This document shows positions 48,021-56,900 of a stretch of 64,000 nucleotides of DNA, one piece after another. Within the stretch, counting starts at the first letter, position 1, and every line of letters begins with the position of its first letter. Where the stretch lies: contig CALBRH010000001.1 of the NCBI GenBank assembly GCA_937899865.1, positions 32,001 to 96,000 of the forward strand. The letters run 5' to 3'. The translations under genes and the position numbers were made by a program. A model generated the notes under the pieces. That model was not told where the DNA came from and made no database searches. It worked only from the letters and a program-made list of their open reading frames with translations. Source of the DNA: an uncultured euryarchaeote (GTDB lineage Archaea; Thermoplasmatota; Poseidoniia; Poseidoniales; Poseidoniaceae).

Positions 48021-48914
48021 GTGGATATCATGACCAATCAAGGACTTGCCTGGAAAGGGCCAATTCTTGATAATCACTTTCATTTGAATCGTAATGGCAG
48101 GTTTTTAGACGCTGCCAAGGACTTCAAAAACGCAGGGGGCACAAGCGTAATTTTGGTTCATTGTCCAGATTTCTCTGCACCACCTACGACAAAACAGGGT
48201 CATAGAGACTCTTATCAAGATACAATCAACATGGCTGAATCGGTTAGAAAGGAATTAGGTCTTGGAGTCCGAGTTGTGCTAGGTCCTCATCCTGCTGCAT
48301 TCGCTCATCAATTCATTAAGTGGGTTGAAGAAGATGGAAAAGCAGGCAAAGAGAAAGCGATGGAAAATTATCGCGATAGTATCGATGAAGCTGTAAAATT
48401 CTATCATGAAGGTCAAGCACACGCAATTGGAGAAGTAGGTAGGCCACATTGGGAAGTATCTGATGAAATTTGGGATTTATCCAATGAATTGCTGCTTGAT
48501 ACCATGAAACTTGCTGCAAATGAAGGGTTTGCTTTACAATTACATGTTGAAGGCGAATTAGAATCCACTTACTTGGATATGGCAAAAATGGCAAGTAAGG
48601 CAGGGCTTTCTAAAGATCGATTAGTAAGGCATTATTCGCCACCCAATGTAGACTCGACAATTACCCAAGGCCTAACTCCTAGTGTATTAATTGGTAAAGG
48701 AGCATTGGAAACCTTGCTTGAAACGGCAGACAATTGTAGTCATGGTTTTCTATTAGAAACAGATTACATGGATGATTTACGAAGGCCAGGCGCAGTACTT
48801 GGCCCGAAAACAGTTCCCAAGAGGACTCAACAATTGGTTGCTGCAGGAATTGATGAGGATTTGATGTGGCGAGCACATGTTGATCTGCCAAACAAATTAT
48901 ACGGCCAAGAGTGA
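48021..48914 (+). CDS. TatD-family metal-dependent hydrolase (archaeal type)
   Basis: DNHFH, IGEVGRPHW, LQLHVE, VRHY and LLETDYMDDLRRPGAVLGPKTVP motifs. Confidence 0.9.
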   Translation: MDIMTNQGLAWKGPILDNHFHLNRNGRFLDAAKDFKNAGGTSVILVHCPDFSAPPTTKQGHRDSYQDTINMAESVRKELGLGVRVVLGPHPAAFAHQFIKWVEEDGKAGKEKAMENYRDSIDEAVKFYHEGQAHAIGEVGRPHWEVSDEIWDLSNELLLDTMKLAANEGFALQLHVEGELESTYLDMAKMASKAGLSKDRLVRHYSPPNVDSTITQGLTPSVLIGKGALETLLETADNCSHGFLLETDYMDDLRRPGAVLGPKTVPKRTQQLVAAGIDEDLMWRAHVDLPNKLYGQE

Positions 48915-48972
48915 CCAAAAAGCGGACATTTTTCCATCACATTCATGAATGTAGTTCCTTACCGGTGACTGG

Positions 48973-50064
48973 TTGACAATGAGTCGTAAAGGGTTCGTAG
49001 TTCTGATAATAGCAGTTTTTCTACTGCCATTAATTCCAGTAGCGAATGCGCAAAATCCAATTTTTGGAGTGACTTTAACTTGTGATGCACCTGCAGAAAT
49101 GGATGTAAGTCCATCGGGTTATGAGCCAGTAGAAATGATTTGTACCATAGAAAATACAGCTACTGTTGGTGCAACTAAAATAGAAATTACCAATGAATGG
49201 AGCGGTGGAGCAACAGCCGATATGCTTGGCGCAACAGGTGAATATAGTGTTGAAGCTGGTGAGTCTGAAGAGTTTACTGTGACTTTTAGTGGTACTACAA
49301 AACAACCATCAAGCAATAGTTATGATTTCGAGATTTTTGCTACAGTAACTGAATGGAATTCAATTCCATTGAATGAACCATTCCCAAGGGAAAATGATTC
49401 ATTCGCTGATTCTTTGGAAATTGCAACTTATGGGGCAGTAGAATTGAGAATTAACGATGTTTCAACAAGAAAAGTCGAAGCAGGTAGTGAATTCACAATT
49501 AACATGCAGTTTACTAACAAAGGTAATGATGTCGATAAGGTGAGAGTTGACCTTGCTAATCTAAATGATTTGAAGCAGCAAGGTTTCAGTTTTATCGGCT
49601 CTGAATTTGTTGCAGAAGACTTGGCAATGGGGGCTACCGAATCTAGAGAAATCAAAATGTTAGCACCTAGCGATATCGATTCAAACTTGAATGTAGATTT
49701 ATTGTTTCAAGCCAGTAGTACTAATGATGCCAATGCAGATTTAAGTGAAATCTCTATACCGGTGTCAGTTGAATCAAGTGAGTCATCAGTTTCATTAACA
49801 GATGGAATAAGTGAAGTTGGCGAAGATGATCTCATTCTTTATGGCGCAATCGGTGGCGGAGTAATTCTGTTGTTTTTGCTAATGGGCGTAGTTTCTCGTT
49901 CCATCAAAAAGAAAAATGCCAAGAAAAATGCGGACCAGCCAGCAATTGAATTAGATGATTCAGAACAGGTTGTTGAAAAAGATGAATTCGACGATTTGTT
50001 TGATGATTTAGATGATTTTGAAATAGAATCTGATGAGTTTGATGATTTACTCGACGAATTCTGA
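48973..50064 (+). CDS. Secreted, C-terminally anchored Ig-like surface protein (possibly choice-of-anchor T type)
   Basis: Signal peptide, two beta-sandwich-like repeats (NTATVG.. and NKGNDVDKV..), C-terminal TM and an acidic DEFDDL-repeat tail. Confidence 0.75.
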   Translation: MTMSRKGFVVLIIAVFLLPLIPVANAQNPIFGVTLTCDAPAEMDVSPSGYEPVEMICTIENTATVGATKIEITNEWSGGATADMLGATGEYSVEAGESEEFTVTFSGTTKQPSSNSYDFEIFATVTEWNSIPLNEPFPRENDSFADSLEIATYGAVELRINDVSTRKVEAGSEFTINMQFTNKGNDVDKVRVDLANLNDLKQQGFSFIGSEFVAEDLAMGATESREIKMLAPSDIDSNLNVDLLFQASSTNDANADLSEISIPVSVESSESSVSLTDGISEVGEDDLILYGAIGGGVILLFLLMGVVSRSIKKKNAKKNADQPAIELDDSEQVVEKDEFDDLFDDLDDFEIESDEFDDLLDEF

Positions 50065-50183
50065 TTTAGTATAGCGTTTCGCTGTAAATTTTCACCCTTG
50101 ATTTTGTGTCTATTTAGTCAATTTTGATGGTAACAGTCAAAGAGCGAGTGTGGTCTGCTACACTTAGTATAGGTGGCCATGCT

Positions 50184-50978
50184 ATGTTGAACCTCAGTGG
50201 AAAGACTGCATTTGTCTTTGGTGTTGCTAGCGAAGATTCGATAGCTTGGGCCATTTGTAAGAGACTTGCTGAAAGCGGGGTTAGTCTTTATCTTGGATAT
50301 CAAAAGAGATTTAGAAGTCGAATTTTTCAATTGAAAGATAAGTTGCCTCAAATCGCAGGATTTTATCCTCTAGATGTTGCAACAGATGAAGATACTAAGG
50401 AATTCTTTGATGCTTTTAGTAAAGAAAACCCTGGTAAAAAAGCCGATATCATGATTCATGCCATCGGATTTGCGCCAAGAACGTGTTTTGACAGGCCAAT
50501 TTTATTTGTCGAAGACCAAGACATTAATACTGCGATGACAATTTCAGCAAATTCATTGCAAAGATGTCTCAAGTTCGCATTACCATATCTCAATCCAAAT
50601 TCATCAACAATAACGCTAACTTATGCTGCATCCAATAGATTTGTTCCATCATACGGTATAATGTCGATGGCGAAGGCAGCTCTTGAATGCTGGACAAGAG
50701 AACTTGCTTGCCATCTTGGTCCAGAAGGACATAGAGTCAATGCCATTTCATCCGGGCCGATTAGAACAATTGCCGCATCAGGTATTCCTGGGTTTGATAA
50801 TATATTGGACCATGTTGAAAAGAATGCACCTTTGAGAAGGAATGTGAATCAAGATGATGTTGCTGGTGCGACGTTATGGTTGGCTAGTCCGTTGTCAAGT
50901 GGTGTTACAGGACAATGTATCTATGTTGATGCGGGGTATTCAATTACCATGGTGCCAGAGACAATAATGGATAATTAA
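50184..50978 (+). CDS. fabI: Enoyl-ACP reductase (FabI)
   Basis: GVASEDSIAWAI, HAIGFAP, catalytic YGIMSMAK (YxxMxxxK), RVNAISSGPIRT.AA and YVDAG. ATG 50184 follows an AGGTGG SD. Confidence 0.93.
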   Translation: MLNLSGKTAFVFGVASEDSIAWAICKRLAESGVSLYLGYQKRFRSRIFQLKDKLPQIAGFYPLDVATDEDTKEFFDAFSKENPGKKADIMIHAIGFAPRTCFDRPILFVEDQDINTAMTISANSLQRCLKFALPYLNPNSSTITLTYAASNRFVPSYGIMSMAKAALECWTRELACHLGPEGHRVNAISSGPIRTIAASGIPGFDNILDHVEKNAPLRRNVNQDDVAGATLWLASPLSSGVTGQCIYVDAGYSITMVPETIMDN

Positions 50979-50987
50979 GGTGATTAT

Positions 50988-53900
50988 TTGAAAATTACAA
51001 CAGCAGATGGAAAGGTTGCTGAAGGCCTAGAACAAGGCCGTTTTGAGCCAATTGCAGTAATTGGACTTGGAGCAATAATGCCTGATGCTAAAGATGTCAA
51101 TCAATTTTGGCAGAATATCAAAGCCGGCAAAGTAAGCATAAAAGATGTAAAATCAGAACGTTGGCCAGGAAAAATAGAAGATTTTTGGAAAAACGGTGGA
51201 CCGGGAGATATTGAAGAAGGATTTACTTATTCGAAAATAGGTGCATTTGTTGAAGATTTTGAATTCAATTGGCGTCGTTGGCGACAACCTCCAGGGACAT
51301 TGAAACAAATTGACCCCTGTCAACTTTGGGCTGTAGAAGTCTCAGCAGCAGCTCTTGAGCAATCCGGTTATGACGGAGAGTCGAAAGATTTCGATCGTTC
51401 AAGATGTGGAGTTATTTTTGCTAATGCACTGGGCGGCGAAAACCGTAACTTGTCAAATATACGAGTATGGTCTAATCATACGAAAAATGTTGCATTAAAA
51501 CACGGTCTGCCACATGAAAATGCTGAAGGTTTTCAAGCAGAAATCGTTGAACATAGTCCAAGAATTGATGAAGATACTATGCCGGGAGAACTTGCAAACG
51601 TAGTCTCTGGTAGAGTAGCAAATTTACTGGATTTACAAGGTCCTAATTATGCAACAGATGCAGCATGTGCATCATCCATGGCAGCAATTTTGGATTCATG
51701 CAGGCAACTTCAAAATCGCCAAGTCGATTTAATGTTAGCAGGTGCATCAGACCGAACTATGGATCCTGCAACCTTTGCTAAATTTAGTGCAATAGGTGCT
51801 CTTTCTCCAAGCCATTCAACTCCATTTGATGCTAAAGCAAATGGTTTCGTTATGGGAGAGGGTGCTGGAGCATTAGTACTGAAAAGGCTCTCTGATGCGA
51901 TGAATGATGGAGATACAATCCATGCGGTGATTAGAGGAGTAGGTGGCTCATCAGATGGTAGAGGAAAAGGAATTACTGCACCAAGTCAAAGAGGACAGAT
52001 ACAAGCGATAGCAAGAGCATATCAACAAGCGGGCTATGAACCATCAACAGTTGAATTAGTCGAAGCCCATGGGACTTCTACAAAAGTTGGTGACGCCACT
52101 GAATTATCATCTCTATCAACACTGTGGGAAGGATTCTCCGGTGGAGATCATGTAGCAGTTGGCTCAATCAAGTCTCAAATTGGCCATCTGAAAGCAGCAG
52201 CAGGAATGGCAGGAGTAATGAAAGCAATATTGGCACTGCATAACAATACGATTCCACCATCTGCTGGTTTTGAGACGCCAAATCCTACTGTTGATTGGAA
52301 TAATATTCCTTTCTTTGTTCCAACACAAGCTTCCGACTGGACAAAACCAAATCAACATCCACGTAGAGCAGGAATCTCTTCATTCGGATTTGGAGGAACT
52401 AATTTCCATATTGCACTCGAGGCATTTGAGGCAGAATATCATCAAAACTTAGTCGAGCAATGGAGTTCTAAGTCAGTGTCAAGCGAGGCAACGGCTAATA
52501 GTGTAGCATCAATTTTCGATGCTACTGCTAAACCAAGTATGACTCATGAAGAGTTAAAATCGATTGAGGGCGGACTGTTATTAATTTCAGCAGACAGTGT
52601 TGGTGGTTTGACAACAAAGTTGCAAAATTTATCATTTGAGGGGCCATCATTTGATGATGATCCATGTGGTCGAAGATTGTCGAGTGAGTTATTTAGCGCT
52701 TCACAATTCAACAAAACCGAATCACACAGAATGGCAATCGTTGCTTCAACTTGGCAAGAATTCGACAAAAGAGTCGCATTGGCCATAAAAGCAATTGATG
52801 ATAAAGCCAAATGGGGCTTTTTACAATCTCAAGGTGTGATGATTACTGATGAACCTATATTGCCAGATGGTGCCAAGATTGCTCACATGTATCCAGGCCA
52901 AGGCAGTCAATACGTAGGTATGACTTTTGATTTGTTCAAACGATATACTGCAGTTCAGAAGGTTTGGGAAAAATCAGATGAGACCATGGTCGATGTATTG
53001 GATGGTGAAACTTTATCCAGTTTTGTTTTGCGTAATAATTTGAGCAAAGAGGAATTGATTGAATCCGAGCATAAACTGAAGCAAACAGAATATACTCAAC
53101 CAGCAATGCTTACTGCTGATTTAGCAATCGAGAGACTCCTAAATGCGCATGGACAAAAACCTGACATGGTGGCAGGCCACTCTCTTGGAGAGTATGCTGC
53201 ATTAATGTCCTCAGGGATACTGAACATGGATGGTGCTTTGCGTGCATCTGCGGCTAGAGGAACCGAAATGGGTTCGGTCCAAATTGACGATAAAGGTTTG
53301 ATGGCCAGTGTGACTGCACCATATTCTGAAGTAGCCAAGGTTTTGGAAGAAACTGAAGGATATGTGATAGCCGCAAACAAGAATTCCCCAAAGATGACAG
53401 TGATAGCCGGAGAAAGTGAACCAGTTAAGGCTGCAATGAGTGCTTTTGAGGCAAATGGATTCTCAACCACCCAGTTAGCTACTTCTCATGCATTCCATTC
53501 ACGCATAGTTGCCCCAGCCAATGAACCACTACGCAGATTCCTTGAAACACTTGAGATAAACTGGCCACAAATCCCAATCACTGCAAATTTCGACGGTGAA
53601 TTCTATTCAATGGAAGGCGATGATTCAAAGTCTGCGGTATTAGAAAAGTTAGCACCACAAATGGCATCATCAGTTGAATGGACTTCACAGATGGAAAAGA
53701 TGTATGATTCTGGTGCAAGGATTTTCATTGAGGTTGGTCCGAAGCGTGCTTTGACAATGTTCGCAACTCAAATTTTAGAAGGAAGGCCACACTTGCCAAT
53801 AATGACAAATCATCCAAAACAAGGTGGCATAGCATCTTTCCTAACTGCTTTGGCAGGAATTTATCTTGCGGGCAGGGACTTGCAATGGCCAGAACCAACC

Positions 53901-56900
53901 TCTGAAGAACTATCTGAGGCATTTAAGGCAGGGCCGATTGAAGCGCACACCAAGTCGAAACATGATGTAAAAACAGTCGAAAAAAGTCCAACTTTGGACA
54001 AGTTAGCAACAAATTCATCACAGGTAGTCAAGGCAAATAACGATGTATCAAGAGTCGTAACTGAAGTCTCAGTATCAATTGAAGAAGCAATTTCCGCCTA
54101 TGTAGGAGATTGCCTTGGGCCAATTACTGGTTATCCTGCTAAATTTTGTAGCGGTATGGTAAACTTGCGTACGCTATTAGGGTTATCAGATCAACAAATC
54201 AATCAAGTAATTACTAAGATAGGTAAAGAGTGTCAAACCGATTCAGAATATGATGTAACTAAAGTAGAGGTAGTTGGAGATTTAGCGCGCTGGATTAGGC
54301 AACCACCAAAAAATTACTTGACAAAACAAACCACTACTTTGGCAGCAACAGTATCACAATCCAATATAGTGGCGAGCAATCGTACAACAGATCCAATAGT
54401 GATAAGTGGAATTTCACTTGGTTTGCCAGGTGGAGAAAAAGTCTTTTCAGAAGATGTCTTTGAGCGATTAGTCCGTGGCGAAACCTGTATTTCCGAAGTT
54501 TCAGATGAATATAAGCAGCGTTTGTTAGACAAGAACATTGTTCGACTAATCAAAGGTAGAGATGGTTCTGTAAATATGGAAAGTGCAACTGAGTTTGGTG
54601 ATATTCCACAACTTGCAGGCGTGAAAGGAGCGTTTGATTTAGCACAGGAATTCGGTATTGATGCTAAAGTCGTAATGGCTTGGGATATCACTACTCAATT
54701 AGCTATGGCAGCCGGTCTACTCGCCCTTAGAGATGCAGGGATTCCACTTACTCCAGTTGAACAGGTCGGTAAAGGTGGTTTGAGATTAATTACTAATTGG
54801 CAAGTCCCTCAAATTCAAAGAGATAGAACGGGTGTAGTATTCGCCTCCTGTTTCCCAGGTCTTCAGATGGCGATGAAACATGCAAAGAATAATGGCGATG
54901 ATGGTGAAGGCCGCTTTGATAGAAGATTTTTGTTCCAAACACTAAATATGGGCCATTCTCAATTTGCTCAATACACTGGAATTAGGGGGCCAAATAGTAC
55001 AATCAACTTGGCATGCGCCTCGGCTACTGCAGCATTTGGTGTGGCTGAAGATTGGATAGAAATGGGTCGAGCTGACCGCGTGATTATCATCTCAGCAGAC
55101 GATGTCACTGGTGATGATTTATGGGAATGGATTGGTGGTGGTTTTGCAGCATCAGGCGCAGCATCTACGCATAATGTCGTTGAGGAAACAGCATTGCCGT
55201 TTGATCGTAGAAGAAACGGTCTGATACTTGGAATGGGTGCAGCTGCATTTGTTGTCGAGAGAAATTCTCAAGCCAGCGAGCGAGGAGTACAACCTATTGC
55301 TGAATTACTTGGCACCACTATTGCAAATTCTGCTTATCACGGTACCAGACTCGATGTTGAGCATGTTGCTCATACAGTTGATGATTTCATGACAAGAATG
55401 GAGGAAAAGTGGAATTTAGACCGGCATAAGATTGCACCAAATACCGCTTTCTTTTCTCATGAGACCTATACTCCAGCACGAGGAGGTTCTGCTCAATCAG
55501 AGGTCAAAGCATTACGGAGTACTTTTGGAGATAGTGCTGATAATTTGGTTATCGCCAATACCAAAGGATTCACCGGCCATCCAATGGGAGTTGGAATCGA
55601 GGATGCTAGTATGCTTTACGGTATGTTAACTGGCAGAATACCTCCAATTGCCAACCATAAAGAGATCGACCCAGAACTTGGTAATCTAAACTTATCAAAA
55701 GGTGGTGATTATCCTAATCTCGAGTATGGTCTGAGATTTGGCGCAGGCTTTGGTTCGCAAATCGCCTTATCTTTTGTCCGTAAATGGGACGTCCAAGGCG
55801 ATAGAATTGATGGTAAGAAATTCATGACATGGGTTCGCAGTCTTGCTAATTCTAATGATGTTGTATTACGCTTACTCGACGGTAAATTAGTCTCTTATGT
55901 TGACGGAAAAACCAATCTTCATGGGGGCGTTCAAGGTACAGAATGGCCGATTACACAAAATTTTGAAGGCGAAGTTTCCGAAATTGAAACGGCCACTCCG
56001 CAAATAGTTATTGATGAATCAAAAGAAAATCAAGAAACTGAAATTGAGCAAGTTAAGGAAAGTAAAGAATCCACGGTAGCAGAGATTCAAAATACGGCTC
56101 CTAATGATGTTGTAAATACAGTGATTGAAGTAGTTGTCAAGCATACTGGTTATCCGGCAGACTTTGTTGAATTGGATCAAGATTTGGAAGGCGAATTAGG
56201 CATTGACACAGTCAAGCAAGCAGAGATAATGGCAGAGATACGCAATATATTCAATTTACCAGTTGACGAAGATTTCGTTTTAGCAGAATACCCAACACTC
56301 AATCATATGATTGGCTACATAGACAAAATGTCTGGCGGTACTGGAGTTGCATTGCAAGCAGTTGCAACCCCGGTAGTAGTCGCTAAAGAAGCAATCGAAG
56401 AGATTGTTACAACACCTCTGCCAACAACACCAGTAGAGTCAACGCCTCCGGCTATTGTTGATGATTCGAATTTGGTGCAAATAGTGGTTGATGTAGTCGT
56501 TGAGCATACGGGTTATCCAGCAGATTTCATTGAATTAGATCAAGATTTAGAAGGAGAACTAGGCATTGATACTGTCAAACAAGCTGAAATAATGGCAGAT
56601 ATCAGAACCAAATTTAGTTTACCTGTTGACGAAGATTTCGTACTATCAGATTATCCTACATTGAATCACATGATAGCCTACATACAAAGAATGACAGGAG
56701 GAGAAGTTTCTCAAACACCATCAAGTGAAACGACAATTACTCCATCGCCACCAGTTGCAGAACCTAAAGAATCTCCACAACCTGCAAAATCAGTTGTTGC
56801 AGCAGGAGGTAATGAAGAAATAGAGTCCGAATTAATCGAGGTTGTTGTCAAGCACACCGGTTATCCAGCAGACTTTATTGAAATGGACCAAGATTTAGAA

